Below the pieces are notes generated by a model. That model made no database searches. It was not told where the DNA came from and saw only the letters and a program-made list of their open reading frames with translations. A stretch of 64,000 bases of DNA. Origin: Balanoglossus misakiensis. Its lineage: Eukaryota > Animalia > Hemichordata. Below, piece by piece: positions 38,325 through 52,879 of this stretch. The position numbers and the translations under genes were made by a program. Every line of letters begins with the position of its first letter. Position 1 is the stretch's first letter. The DNA lies in the NCBI GenBank assembly GCA_040954595.2, contig CM082584.2, positions 4,468,110 to 4,532,109 of the forward strand, written 5' to 3'.

Positions 38325-39299
38325 GTTTGTCTTGTCGATGACTACGCTTATACTACGCTTATACCTGTTCTTGATGGGGACTTGAGCAAAAAATCGATAA
38401 TGGGTTTGCAATACAAGATTTACTCCATGTCCAATGACTACACAAGACTCCAACAATTGTTGTTTTGAAACGCGGTGGTCATTTGTATAATCCTTTCTCC
38501 TCTGACATCAATGCAAAACAAAAGAGCAGGTATCGACGTTTGCCTTTGCCGACTGACTAAAAGCTCACCAACGGCTTATCTGGCCTTACTGTTTGGTCCA
38601 TGTCGTGCTTTGTTGCCAATGATGATAAACACAGTGGCAGTTTTGACATTTTGAGGCTCATTTGCACATTATAATGCTGTCACTTTAAAAATGTGTTGCT
38701 TGTATTAAAGCGATAACTTTCTCAAGTTTTTTTCTGCATTCAACCAACACGCACGCACCTCATGCACACGTGTGCTCACACATGCGCACGCACACACAAT
38801 ATCTAATCAACTAAAATACAACGTCAAATATTGACTAAAATATGCAAGAAATAATATATAACACTCTTATTACTGTTCTCACAGTCCCTCAAGAAAGAGA
38901 TGTTCTGTAGTATAAAAAAAAGGTCGTCAGGGTTAATCCAATTTCACCACAAAAAACGAAACTCTCTTTGTCCCAATCTCGAATTACAGAACGCAAGTTG
39001 TTGAATTTTTCCTGCCCGGGTTCTTCACCCGTTCGGACACACAGAGGTTGAAACATTTGGCAAAAAGAACCATAATGTTTACAAAAAGGGCTATTCTAAA
39101 CAAAAGTCCCGCCCATTGTCAAATTGAAAAGTCCACTTTTTCGCTCGGCCACCCAATAAAAACCTGAGATTGGCTAAATTTGCATAGTTAATACCTTTTA
39201 ACACACAAAATTGTGTTTTATGACACAGGACTTGGAATGGTTCCTGCTGGTTGCCTTGACATTCAACTTGATTTGCATCCTAAAATTTGGATTTATTTA

Positions 39300-40375
39300 G
39301 GGAGCATTCGTTTTTTACAGGGAGGGGGGGGGGGGCCGGTGGAATTTGAGTCGCCGACTAAATGTAAAAGGCAACCCCCCCTGGAAATTACTTTTCTAAA
39401 ATGTGACCCCCCCCCCCCCAAAAAAAGAAGAAGTTTATCCACCGGATTAAACTTATCAAACTTTGTCAGATATTGGTGTATGTTCGACATACCACATAAT
39501 CAACCATGAAACCTAGTTCCTTGATTTCCAAGTAGTGCATTGTCTGCCTGATCTTGTTACGTGAAAGAGTTCATTTTCAATGTCGCCGCTATCACTTTCT
39601 GAGTCACTTTCCGCTGAATCACCTAGTTCACCTATCACTACATGTTCATCTTCTGGTTCACTGTCCTCGTCCAAGTCATCCTCTTCATCCTCCTGCTCAT
39701 CCTCCTCTTTGTCCCTCTCATGGTTTACTCTGAGACTTTCCAGAGTTGTTTGACACAGTTTCCGGCCAATGTGCGCTTCAACTATTTTCAGTTTGTCTTT
39801 TTTCAGCATCTTTTTCTCTGTTGTCAATTTATGTCTGTTCATTTACATGTCTACTGAACATTGTTTTTATTTTTTAAGTATTTGTATTCTGTGTTGGGAG
39901 ACATTGTAAACCGAGAATTGAAGGGGGTGGGTTTGGGAGGGGGTGTCCCCCTCCCACGTAAGAAAATTTTATAAAATACAGAGCTCAAAGCTGCATTTTA
40001 ATGAACCCAGCAAAAGCAAATTAACGTCGCCGCTCAAAGTTATCATGGGGTGGGGGCAAGTCCCCTGACCTGGGACACTAGATAAACCAGTCAATGATTG
40101 AAAGGTGTTGATGAATGGAGGGGGTGGGTGTGGGAGGGGGTGTCCCCCTCCCACATTAGAAAATTTTGTAAAATAAAGGACGCGAAACTGCATTTTTGTG
40201 GACTCAAAATAAATATTTAGCCGTCAAAGTTTTCAAGTCCCCCCTTTCAGTCCCTATATAATTATCCCTTGATTATAAAATTTGTCCCCCCCTAAAAACT
40301 GCTTTGTAAAAGTAAACCCCCCCCCTGATTTCCACCGGCCCCCCCCCCCCCTCCCTGTAAAAAACGAATGCTCCC
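39300..40375. mobile_element. Non-autonomous PIF/Harbinger-like element with ~46-bp TIRs and TTA target duplication
   Basis: TTA|GGGAGCATTCGTTTTTTACAGGGAGGGGGGGGGGGGCCGGTGGAA ... TTCCACCGGCCCCCCCCCCCCTCCCTGTAAAAAACGAATGCTCCC|TTA. GGG termini with a 3-bp TWA TSD are typical of Harbinger. Confidence 0.85.
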
Positions 40376-43300
40376 TTACAACTGATTCCGATTTCCTGCA
40401 CTTTTGGCTTTGGTGACATATATATAAAATCAGAAAAATTACGATATTCTTAATTTTGAGTATTCCATTAGTGAATCACAATATGCAAACATCGTTCATC
40501 AGTATAAGCACTTCCCCAAGTTCTAAATGAATGGGTTAGGCTCTTGGCGTTGAATACGTATGTGTAGCGCCCTCACCATTCGTGGCACGATACTTTTCTT
40601 CTTTCGGAACCGTCGCCGATGTCGGGTCAATAACTTGAAAGTTACACGTACCAAAATCTAGCCATTTCAGAACTGCATTTATAACACCCCTCATCCGTAA
40701 TCTGTGCTGTGATTGGCCTATATGGAGTCACATGGGGTGTGTCACCTGGCGCTGTTGCCAGACAGTGACAGTTTAGAAAACTTTGAGTTGTTCAGGAGAC
40801 TTTCGAGTTGACAGAGTTTTCGAGTTGATGGATTTTTGGTCGATATTTGGGAGTAAGTGCAGAGTGAGTGAATATAACATTCTATTACCAATCAGACACA
40901 CACATACCACAGGACATAAGGGTAATTTATTTCATATTGGGGGGGGGGATGGAAATTTCACATTTTTTACTATAGTAGTTTTCCGATTGTTACTTGACAC
41001 AATTGTTTGTATGGTTGATGCAGAGCAATTTATTTTTTTAGTTTTGTCACTTATCAACATGGATTAAAAATAAACAGGCAGACCAAATGTCTGCAACATC
41101 CAACATAACATGAATGTCTCACTCAAAAAATGACACAAAAATAATCTGTTTCTTGAATTACATGACCCTATTTACTTCCAATTAATACACACACATACAA
41201 ACTGGAAAAATTCTGCTGGGCATTTTTTAAAAATCATTATCATTGGCCAAAAGTGTTGTTTTTTTTTGTCACACAGTGATTTTTACCTTGTCTTGATGTT
41301 GTCAATATGTCAAAGTCAATTTGCGTTTTAGGTTTTCAAGAAACACTTCAGTGATTACTTGCCTCCTCAAATACCAGAGTATTTTAAATACAGAGAATAC
41401 ATGTGGAGTATACAATTAATCAATAAAAAGAAAAAGTTTCAACACAGCTGAACATCAACATCCAACCTCACTGAATGCAGTAGGTTATTTGATCCTATCA
41501 GGTCATACCTGTGAAAATGGCATATACTAGTATGATATCATTGGTCTTTTATACTGTTGTCAACTTCTTGGTTTGTGTCCAAACTTTTGTTTTGAGGTCT
41601 TAACTACAGTTTTTTGGTTCTAAACTGCTATTTCCATGTCAGATAACTGCTCTGAACTACTGAAAAAGGATGCATGCATGGCTGTAGTTTCCCAGGTCTA
41701 TTCATTCCCTTGATTCAACTACACACAAGTGTAGGCACAAATTGAATCTATTCCCAGTAACCTAGACTGGTTCTTACTTAAATTTTGTGAAAATGCAAAC
41801 GACAATGTGACCAAATGTTACCATGCTTCTCGTACATGTAACTAAAACAATGAACTCTCGTAAAATACTGTAAAATGGGTTATTTTCACAAAAAGCCAAA
41901 AAATGTGAAAATAAAAAGTCGCGTCAAATGTTTTTCAAGATAGCGATGCAGTAAAAGAAATAAGAGAACGCGAAAATTAATCCTCCCGTAACAGCTGTCT
42001 CTTTTGATATCGCTTAAATTTCCTGTTGCGAAAATTTCCCGTTTGACAGTATAGAGCAGTGTTCCTGCCGAGGTTCATTTGCCCAGTGTCAAACTCTGCT
42101 CTTGCCATGAAAATTTCATGTTTTGCATGGTTATTATCTTCATCAGTATTTAGATGTTGACAAAATGAAATCTAAAATGAAGACCAGAGCCACAATCGCT
42201 GATTTTACTTCATTTTACTTTGATTTAACGTCAAGACATGCTGGAGAAATATGCCCGATTTGAACTGAATTCCAAACGGATTTGTTGTCTCACTTCTGGC
42301 AAGAAGGGAGGGATTAAAAGAGATCTCTAGAGATGGATGTTGACCCATCCAAAGAAAGTAAGGAAACCTGCAACCCAACATTGAGCAAATCCTGCCTCCC
42401 CTCCTCCCCCCCCCCCCCCCACAACAAGGAGTGAATGAGAACATCTCATGTCTGATCTGCAAACTAGTTTTGTGTGTGGACTCCTTGCTTCATTGAAGCT
42501 CAAATCATGTAAACTTTTTAAAGTCCATCTGATGGTATTCATCATCTAAGTACATCAAATGTGCATAAATGCATCAAACTTGGTCAAACTATCTCTGATG
42601 GAATGTATTCTGAAAAAATTCTGTATCATTGACACAGCTCAATTAGGAATCATCCTCTATAAGAGAAACAGTATACCAACACTCTCTTTGCAATGTACAA
42701 GGGTTGGACATATTTCTACTACTTTCACATGTGTTTTCTATCAGACAACCAAATTGAAAAGTCTTGAATCTCTCTTCCGAAAAGGCTTTGAACAAAATCA
42801 ACATGCAGCAATCTATTTTAACATTTTCATATTTCAACCTATTTATTGGGGCAGTTTTCACAATTGACAAAAAATAAGGTGTTGGTAAAAAGTTTAACGG
42901 AGGATAAATATTCAGATTGCCAGATTAGGATTAAAACTCAAACCTGCTGAGAAGTATACTGGCTGTTAAACTTATATTTATGAATGTTGTATTCTACCAT
43001 AACACATTATTTGTTCATTATCAATTCACTTCATTGTTCGCTATTCAATTCACTGATGTTTACTACAAGTCCATCATCAACGCTACAAAAATATTGTGAT
43101 ATTCTATGCTATAAGATGAACAACTGGCTTATCGGTCCGGCTAAAATATTGTCTAGCTAGTTTATGCTAATTTACATGTATATAAAATATGATGTAATCA
43201 ACAGAAAAGATAATTGTCAAAACGATTATTTTTTTACAAATTTAAAAAAACCACTAGAATCATAGCGACTCAGTCTTTCTAAGTACAGGTGACAATAAAA

Positions 43301-43929
43301 TATGTGGCTAATGATTCCAGTTCTTTCCCTCCTGGGTTGAACCTAACATTTTGGGAACAGCATCAACTTTCACACATTCAAGGGCTTTCTTTGCCCAAAT
43401 AAACGACACTATTACAAGAAATTTTGGCACTGGGAGAAGAATTAACCATAACATGAAAGTCATACTTGAGGAAAATAAAAGACCCTTGGTATTTTAGGAT
43501 TGCAACTGACGCTTGTCGCAATGTGACTGCAACACACTGTAGAAATGCATCACAGCACTCCCCCCGAAAAGATGCTAAATCTTTTCTGCAAAACATGCAA
43601 ACTACATGAAACGTGGATGAAATTGAACAAGTTTGCATCAATTTCTATTCAACCAGTCTGGCAAGATTTCTGCCAAACTGGTCCACCAATCAATGAATTA
43701 ATTCGCCATTTTGTCTTCTGGATAGCAACAGCACAAAGAAAACAATCTTGACCAAAGGGTGTAGCTACTTGATCAGCCAGATAAATATTTCCCACGAAAA
43801 GAAAGCATCGACCTGTGAGATGAGACCTTCAGACACTTTACATCGACCAAAAGGACTTGAGCCACATAAACAGTCAATATCAACAGGACATAATGCGAGA
43901 CTCGCGGATCTACAAGACTGGGCCTTTAA

Positions 43930-44015
43930 CCCTTTCACCACCATGGTTCAGTCCAAACCCATTGTTTTCTTTGGTAAAGTTGGACCTTTCAAAATGAGAA
44001 CTGGGAGTGAAAGGG
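43930..44015. mobile_element. Tiny piggyBac-like MITE
   Basis: TTAA|CCCTTTCAC ... GTGAAAGGG|TTAA. Related copies at ~18203-18291 and ~61420-61475. Confidence 0.7.
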
Positions 44016-45340
44016 TTAAATTCAATGACACTTTTCAGGATACTCTCTTATTATGCAAATCTCACTAGAGCATCATGTGACTGCCATGTGACTGTTAGGG
44101 TAGGGACTGGATATTCTAATACTGCCTGGAATTGGTAAGGTATGGGATCTCAATTCAAACGTCATCATAATTCTTTGTTCAGAATTTATGCTCTCCCGAT
44201 GTGGATGTTTTGTTTGTACATATCCTTAAATAATTGGATTGATATCTGCTCATAGTTGCAAATATCAAGAAAAAAATAATGAGCAAAGCTTGAGCCATAC
44301 AAAAATTATTACTCATTAAACATCACGTTCATTTAAATCATACAAATATACACATACATGGTCTCTGGTTTACAATGCAAAAATTGGTCACTATTTCTAA
44401 AATGTCTGTCAAAATGACAACAGGCAATATATGGTGTTGGTGATCAACTGAAAATAATATGTACCACGCTTTAAACTCATCTGATCATTTTCCATGTGGT
44501 TGACTTTCAGTTCTTCATGTTATTTATAGATTCATCCAAGTGTCTTTATCATCTATGCGTTCACGCAGTGTAAAATGTGATGAGTGCGAGACACGCTAGC
44601 ATTGACGGTATATCTGAGTTGTATAGTATTACTGATACAGATGGGGAGGTATCTGTGACATGTACATGTATTATTGCTTGGATCAACGGTCAAATTACAC
44701 ATGTACATATGGCTACTTTTGATTGAATTCGCACATATCTATATGAGAGTTCTGATGAAACTTGTATCAATACATTCTTTGCTTTAAAAGAAACGAAATC
44801 TTCGTATCAGCATGCCTCTAAATGCATTCAGAAATCAACCATCTCAAACTGACACATCTTGAACTCCAAATGGCTACCCTACTTAAAATGAAACATCTGT
44901 TTAAAACTGTTGATTCATTAAATAGATACGAACAAAACCTTTGCTTTCATTTAGTCCTCAAAATAAGACTCGAAACATATTAACATAAATGTATTATGTA
45001 TAAAAGAGCTGTCAGATTTGTTAATTGGCCTTCCTGTCGTGCAAATCAGTCTGAAAATGTACGCATTACAGCATAATATAACAACCAATACATCTACACA
45101 AGACAAACACAAAATAGCATTGTTATACATGACACAGACCGTGTAAATCATTACTGAAACAACCTGATATTACAAATGATAAAAAAATCATTGAACTCTA
45201 AAATCGAATAATTAGAGGGCAACTCTTTGTGTATGACACACACACACATATAGATATATATGAATTTCTGTTTAAAATGTCCATATCAAATTTAAGAAAA
45301 ACTACCACTGATTACTTTTGAATAAAAGCATAAGATTGTG

Positions 45341-48300
45341 TTATATCCGTCCAGCCTTGGCATCTGTGATGGCTCCCCATACGTCAAAGACAAATTCATC
45401 CGGAAAGGCAAAATCGGCCAGATTCTGATCCATAGCTGCAGCAAATTCATTAGGATTGCCTTTGTTTTTGCCAAATTCCACCATTGTAGCAGCTGAAATG
45501 GAAACATAGTAACACAATCACATTATATATTATTATTATACTATTATGTCAGTAAATTTAGTACTTTTAAGATTTATTTGATTTTAAAAAAAAATTAACA
45601 GCTTTCTTTAATAAGTGCCCCCTCACTATCTGTAAGTGTAATATGATCCCTCTCTTCTCATGGAATACTATATCAATATTTAATATCTTTTTTTTTCAAT
45701 ATTTCAATTTTTTCACTAAAATACTAATCAATTTTAACCCCAAACCACAGAGAAACACCTTGACCCCAAGGTGACCTCTAATTGTCTAGGTCACATGATT
45801 CTTGAGATTAATCTGTGCAAGGATTTGATGTTGCGTTTCTCAAAATAAGCAGAGTGGCAGATGTGCATCTCATCCTCAGAGCATTATTATAAAATATGTA
45901 GATGAGCACAGTGACAGACTGTCTTGTCTGGTACATGTCTGAAGAAAATCTTTTCAGGCTGTCTGACTGACAACTGCCATACACTACATGCAGCTTCAAG
46001 GCAGTGTTCCTGTCGTACTAAGGCTTATTTGTACAGTTTCCCTCTCTGCTCTTGCAAAGAAATATCAAACTTTATTTCAAGTCATTTCACTTGAAATAAG
46101 GAGATTGTGATACAAATAAAATGTGTCCTAAACATGGACGACAGTCGAAAGACCGACTTCAAATACTATTTTGGACAAAGTGCTATAAAGGAGAAAACAT
46201 ACATGTAGTATCAGTGTGCCTTTAAAGGTATACGGTCACCTATGCAGATTTAGCTCCAGTTACCATGGTAAATTGAGATCTAGCCAATCACAAATTTTTT
46301 GGTGGGTGGCACATGCGGAAAAAAAGCACCATCATATGTTCTGTAGAACACTCGAATACGCCATTTCAGCCATATATGGGTGTGTGTATTAAAATTGGAG
46401 ATGACCATGAACCTTTAATATGGGCTGATGGATTGAAGGCTACCAGTCATTATGTTTGGGCGACCAACTCCAGAAAATGATAGCCCAAGTGGGCTCCCAG
46501 GGGAAAAAACATTAATTTTGAGCCCTGGCAATGCAGTTCTGCATCGATTTGAAGATACGACACAACATGCACCAAACCCCAAATCTCTCACCTTCTCAAA
46601 ACCTTAAGCGGGAAACAGAGCAAGACAAAATCTCATTGCATTTTTTTACAGGTAGTTTTGATGTTATGGTGATGGCTAAATTTTGACATAAATTTTGTTT
46701 CAATAAAAACACCTACTTCATCCAGGAAAACATAGCCACTGCAAACTAAAGTGTTTCTAAGCATCTCTCTGAAAGTGATTTCACCTACCGAGTTCTTCAT
46801 CCCGGATGCCCATGTAACTTTCAAGTAAATCATCAACTTTCTTGATTGCTCGCTCTTCAAACGCTGATGGCTATAAAAAAAAGAGACATGATTAATATAT
46901 AAAATGTGAACATGTAGTTTGCAGACAGCAATGGTTTGTACACATTGCATTCTATTAAACATGTCTCATAAAACGAAACCATTTAATTGTGCCTGAAGTA
47001 TTAAAGATATAAGACTGGTGGAGTGTCTAGCTTTACGCATTCTTCACAGGGGACAATTCAATGGTAATTTCAGATTGAGATTCAGAGGATGTAGTTCTGA
47101 ATATCCAAAACATAGGGCCGATGACACTGCAGCTACTATAGACTTTGATGGATGTCAAAACACACACTGCAAAATAAAAGATGGCAGGGGCCAGGTACTG
47201 TTGACAAGTTCATATTACAGCAAAATAATTGTTTAATGTATTGCCAGCACTTACAAATACTGGGGTGATTGGAAAAACAATAGGTGGTATATGGTGATCA
47301 GTCTAATCTCTACAACATTGTTTTGTGAGCTACTGGACTCACTCATCAGGAGACTAAACTTACACACACACACGCTTCTGCATTCAATTTCACTGTGCTG
47401 TGCCGAATTGCTGTGTGTAAGTCGTTGCAACTGGCCATTCAGATGTGATATTTAACTTAGGCCAGGAAGAAAAAATAAATTGTTCATCGGAATCGCCGCT
47501 TCTACTTTGGCTGATTTGGAATTTTTTTTTTTTTTGGATCTCAGCAAATTCTACTTCCGCGTTACAAAATTCTTCGTACTGCCACTGGTGGCCAGAATAT
47601 GTTGTGCAAACACCAACTGTAAATGTAATGGCCTATGTTATTGTTGGGAAATATAGCATTGAATTCAGTTACAAGTACATGTATCAATGTTTTTGTCTGA
47701 GATATTTCTGGTAAAAAGGGAAACAATGTCGCCTTTGTCTGCATCTGTGCAAAATTGCCAGAGAACCACATTTACAAAATTGTACCTTCAGCCTAAAAAA
47801 ATGAAATTTTTTTTTTCGCTCGCCGCTCCTGGAACTAGGTCCAAAAAATCCGATGAACAAGATTTTTTTTCTCTCTGGCCTTATGAGTTTTTGGAATATG
47901 GATCATGGGTATATGATAGAAACTATTTTGCATATGATTACTTACAATTGCTTCTATTGTTGCCGGCCCTTTAGACCGTAATCTCAGCGTTTCTTTTCCA
48001 GATTTGACTTGAGTTTCTGCCGGTGCTGCTGGTGTGGCCTGTGCTGGTGCAGTTTTACTTTGCCTTGGTCCAATCTCAGCTGAAATGATAATACATAAAA
48101 TACAGATAAAATCACTTATCTGATTGCACTCAATACTTGGGCAAAAAAAAGCCCATGAAAATCTGGATAAGAATTACATTTGTAAGACATGTCTTAGTAA
48201 TTGATCTGAAGATAGCAAAACACATAATGGTCTTCAACTGTTCTGCCTTGGATAAGATGGTGGAAGATGACCACCTATGTTTGATGGCCCTGATACCAGA

Positions 48301-50997
48301 TTTGCGAACCAAGGTTGTACGGTTGAAGTTCCGGATCTTTGGGAAGGTGTGAACACCTTACATGTACAACCAAGGTATGCACATTACATATCACGGTTAT
48401 AAGGATTTTTATCATACACATTATGCTTGCCATAAATATCAGTAAAATGATGATTTTTGATATTTTTCACGAGAATTAAGCAGGACACAGTCAATCCATT
48501 GCCCCGTAGAGTTACACAGGCATGCAAATCAAGGTATAAGTACATGTACATGCTCTAGCATTCAGATGCCAACCAAAAGCTAAAGTGACCAACCACCTTT
48601 TACAATGCCAACCAGTGACTTGCAAAGAAATCTTCTTAGCAGTGCAAGCAGTTTACCGGACAGACACCGACCCACACATACATGTACACACATACACAGA
48701 CCGACAACGCATAAACAATCATATTAACATCAAAAAGAGAATGTATGATGAGAGATGTTGTATGTGAGTGAGTCTGTTTGTGAGAGCCAAACACATCTCC
48801 ACTTACCAAACGCCTTCCGTGGTTCAATTAAAGTCATCGTAAATCTCGCCCCCTGGGGCAATTCCTTCAGAGTTCTTGCAACTTCAAAATGTCGACATCC
48901 CACCATACTTTTCCCGTTGATAGCTTCCACGTGATCGCCAACACTCACATCACTCTGGCGATCCATTATACTGTTTTCTTTAATTCGTTTAATAAATGCA
49001 AAGCCCGCACCATTATCAGTGATTGTAAGTCCCAGAGCCGGTTCACTTTTGAGAACTTCAACTTCTTTCGAATAACCTTTTATATGCGCAAAGATGAAGT
49101 CTTCCAATCCTATCTGTCCCCCTAGAAGTCGTTGCATGTCGATTCGATGTGTGTTTAGTGTGCAAAATATAATCTGCCAAAAAAGAGAAACAGAAAAAAA
49201 AGATGACTGTGTTAAAAAGTTATTGCAAAATTTCTGGTGAGATATTCTCAGTAGAAAGTCGTTGCAAAGGTTGTGTAGTGTGTGTGGAAATTTCTAAAAA
49301 TCATATCACTAATGATATTGGGTGATCAACTGCTGAAAAAGAATCATTGTTTATAATCACTATAATCAAGCTATAATCAGGCAAGTGATATACAATCCTA
49401 TTTTCTTTAATAAGAAAAATATCTGGGAAATCACGCTAATTATCGAAACCAACAATGCGGGAACTGAATGACACAAAGGAAAATTCCAGAAAATGCATCG
49501 TGTTTTGTTATTTTTTTATTTGCGCAAGAAAAGCTAACAAATCTGAAGCTGTATGGAAACACAAATTTTAAATTATATGAATTTTTTTCTGTGAGATGTT
49601 TCATAAGGGAACTTCAACACAAATTTTACATTATATAATTGTTTTCCCCTGTAAGATGTTTTAATGTACATCTTTATCAAATTCTAGTCAAGACAACAGA
49701 AACCGTTGTTGGCTTTATGCGTATGTATGTTGACTGATTGACCAGTAGTAATTTCAAAATGCACTTGGAGGTGTTATCGGAATGTCCTTATTGATTGCGA
49801 GACAAATTTCAACAGCTAAGGTTTATTCCTGACAAAAACAGGAACACAGGCTCATTTCTTATCAGTAATACATCAGATAATTAAATTTGTATTCATATTT
49901 TAAAAAATTGTATGGGGCAATGATTAACTGGGTAGAGTATGGACAAATAACAGCAGCATTCAGTACCCAAAACCACAAATCCATTTTCACTGAAATTATA
50001 ATGTGTGTGGACATCAACGTTTCAAATAATAGAGCCAGCTGGTTTGCCAGTAGAGATTCTTGACACTGTCCACAAATGAACATGCAGACTCAGTCGTCAA
50101 ACACAATATACCGATAAACATGATAATATCTAGCAAGGTACCTATGACACCTCCACTGAAAATAGAATAACCCCTCTTGGCATCTTATTAGAATAAAGTC
50201 TTATGAAACAGATGGTGGCCACATGATGTAAACAAACTCAGACATATGATACTGAGCACGTCAGCATCTGAAATCACCAGAAAATCTTTGTGGGCTTGCA
50301 TGACAGGTAATGAGAAAGGTGTCAAGTGTCACTCATATGTATAATTGTGAAAATATCACAAAGCACACGTATGCACTCTGATATCAGCACTGCTGATCAA
50401 CTTCCGTCTGTCAGTGTGTCAGTAGCCGGTCGAATTGGGGAGAAAAAAAATTAAATAGTTACAAGCTGGGCAAAAATATCACGGGGAACACAATTAAACC
50501 CCCCCCCCCCCAAAAAAAAAAAGAAGAAGAAAGAAATCAAGGTGATACCCGCAACGGTTTTCAAGTTGGAGAGACATACATACATACGGACGCAACTGAT
50601 TCCATACGGTCACCGTGGTATATATATATACCAAACAGGACCTTAAATTCAGTGTTGGAATATTTAGAGTAAATAGGGTACTCTGTTGTATATCTTTATG
50701 CACGCTTCTGGCATATCTGTAATGACCTTAGTATTTGTCTGCAGCTATATAACAAAGAAATGCCAATTATGCTGCATGTATACAGGTAAGCAGACTCATG
50801 AACTTCACAACAAGATTTTTCCTTCACAAAAAAAAGGGCTTTGGCTTAGGAAGGGTCAATCAAAACATGGCTAGACAGAAGAAAGAATGGCTTCTGGAGA
50901 TGCAAGTCCACCCAGACCATCTGCTACTGAGTATTGTACTGTATCACCATTAGCATGAGGATGATGATGATGATGGTGATGGTGATGGTGGTGATGG

Positions 50998-51028
<31 letters not shown>

Positions 51029-52879
51029 GATGATAATGATGATGATGATGAATTTTTTGGTTATTGTTATTATAAGAGTTTAAAGAATTATACAGTACAG
51101 TAAGGTGTGTGTAAACTACTTGGCTTGAATAAAGGTTTCTTTTCCCATGGGCATTGACAAAGGTCAAGAGATTTTATACCTGTATCTCTCTACAGAGCCA
51201 AGTTACATAAGACCATTTCAGTGAAAATTATATGTGTTACATATACTAACTTTGTGCCCTAAATGTGTGTGAATATTAACAACCATTTGAAATAACCATG
51301 ACCGATTTAACATTTCAAGTTTGTTGCCTTTCTGTGCCGGTCTAATTTTGTGTGACAATCACAGACCTGTCACAATCTAGTGTACATTAACTTTGTCAAT
51401 GTAAGATAGCTACCATGTTATGATGGCTGCAGAGGGTCAGGAGGTTTAGTCTCCATTATCTGGAATGTTACACAAATTTTATATTTTTTTTAAGTGGTGA
51501 AAAAGCTGATTATTAAAAAACTCAAATTTTAAATGCTTTTGGTAGGTGTATTTTGGATAAAAAAACTCAACAGGTGTTCTGTATTTAGTGAGCAATCCCC
51601 CAAGGAGAAAATCATTGCAATCTAACCTATTATTATTCTATGATCACGACTGATGATACAGTCGTATAATGATAATATTGTAATGATGCAGATGATGGTG
51701 ATAATCTTCATCTTGAAGAAAGGTTATTCACAAAATACCAGGTTTTATATCCGAGTACAGTGTATAACAAAGGTCATTTGTCTGAGACATGCAGCGTCCA
51801 GGACAATACTCATTTCAATTAGATTATTATTATCGTTGAGGTTTCATACCTACATAAATACCAGGTCATTTATATAAACATCACAGTATTAAATCACTGA
51901 AATATTATTACCGTGGTCACTCCATAAGTACAATATCATATGTCGCTTCATTGTCTGTATATTAATTCTATTATGTATTTAGTGTATGTTTATTTATTAA
52001 ATGCATGAAAACATTCTACAGTTCAAAGCTTTCTCCCAAAGGAGAGTAGTTGTTTTGTGTGAAAGATGGGTAGGGCTCTAGGAAGAGTGTATGTACAAAT
52101 GTGTGGCTTTGGGAAGACTGTGTTTTCATTCACTATTGGGCTCCACCCAAGAGTATATTCTTTGTACAGTCATCATCTTATGCATCTCGAACTTCGCACA
52201 CACCGACCGCTTACGTGTGCGGCCGCGTTATCAGCTCCGGTTCAGTACAGTATTAACTTTTAACCAGAATAATCTGACCCTGTTCAAATATAAAATGACA
52301 TGAAAACTGTACCATGCCCAATTCGAGCAAGAGATCTACCTGTTCAAACAATATGGTGATTTATTATTGGGCAGATAATTTTGCCGACAGCGTGACACAC
52401 CCCTCGTATGTAACACATACGGTATGAAGCACACAATTAAATATATAAATATAAACTATTTATCCGTCTCGATATATTACAATGATCACTGTTTAAATTA
52501 TTATTACCTGATCCGAGGGCATAGCAAAGGCATCGCCAACGCATTTGTACAACTCTTCCACATTTGTGAAGCCTTCAATTTTCCCCGTTGGACTGCCATG
52601 CGCAAGCTGACAATGAAAGACTAACCGCGGTCGCCTGTCTTTGCCGTACTGGGGTCCCTTGGGTGGTACTGCTGTGCCGTACACACCCCCGGGATTGGTG
52701 GGGGCAGGGGCTGATGATGTGTTTGACATCGGTGCTTGTCTCTCTGTTGTGCCGCTGGCCCCGTTATAGTCCACAGCGTTTCGCTGATCGGCGGGCGAAT
52801 CCACAGTGTCAGTCACGTTCTCCGTCAACTGCTCCGTTTTCGCCTTCTTGTCTTTTTTCCTACTGGGAAAAAGTGGCAT
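45341..52879 (-). CDS. GIPC1: GIPC PDZ domain-containing protein, ~368 aa
   Basis: Exons 52508-52879 ([29 protein letters not shown]), 48807-49173 ([51 protein letters not shown]), 47946-48079 ([14 protein letters not shown]), 46789-46870 ([17 protein letters not shown]), 45341-45492 ([20 protein letters not shown]). 1107 nt. Probably the single invertebrate ortholog of GIPC1/2/3. Confidence 0.96.
46226..46414. mobile_element. TTAA-target MITE (same family as 4028-4181)
   Basis: TTAA|AGGTATACGGTCACCT ... AGATGACCATGAACCT|TTAA. Confidence 0.7.
47460..47880. mobile_element. Harbinger/Tourist-like MITE, TTA TSD
   Basis: TTA|GGCCAGGAAGAAAAAATAAATTGTTCATCGGA ... TCCGATGAACAAGATTTTTTTTCTCTCTGGCC|TTA. 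Confidence 0.75.
50959..51050. repeat. (GAT/GGT)n trinucleotide microsatellite in GIPC intron 1
   Basis: Directly visible; it produces the spurious poly-His ORF. Confidence 0.95.

Noticed and set aside
38325-38456. N-terminal extension of the Tctex ORF given in the ORF track
   Set aside because: It begins at a non-ATG codon; the first ATG in good context is at 38324.
50871-51167. Poly-His ORF
   Set aside because: (GAT/GGT)n microsatellite inside GIPC intron 1, with no supporting splice structure.
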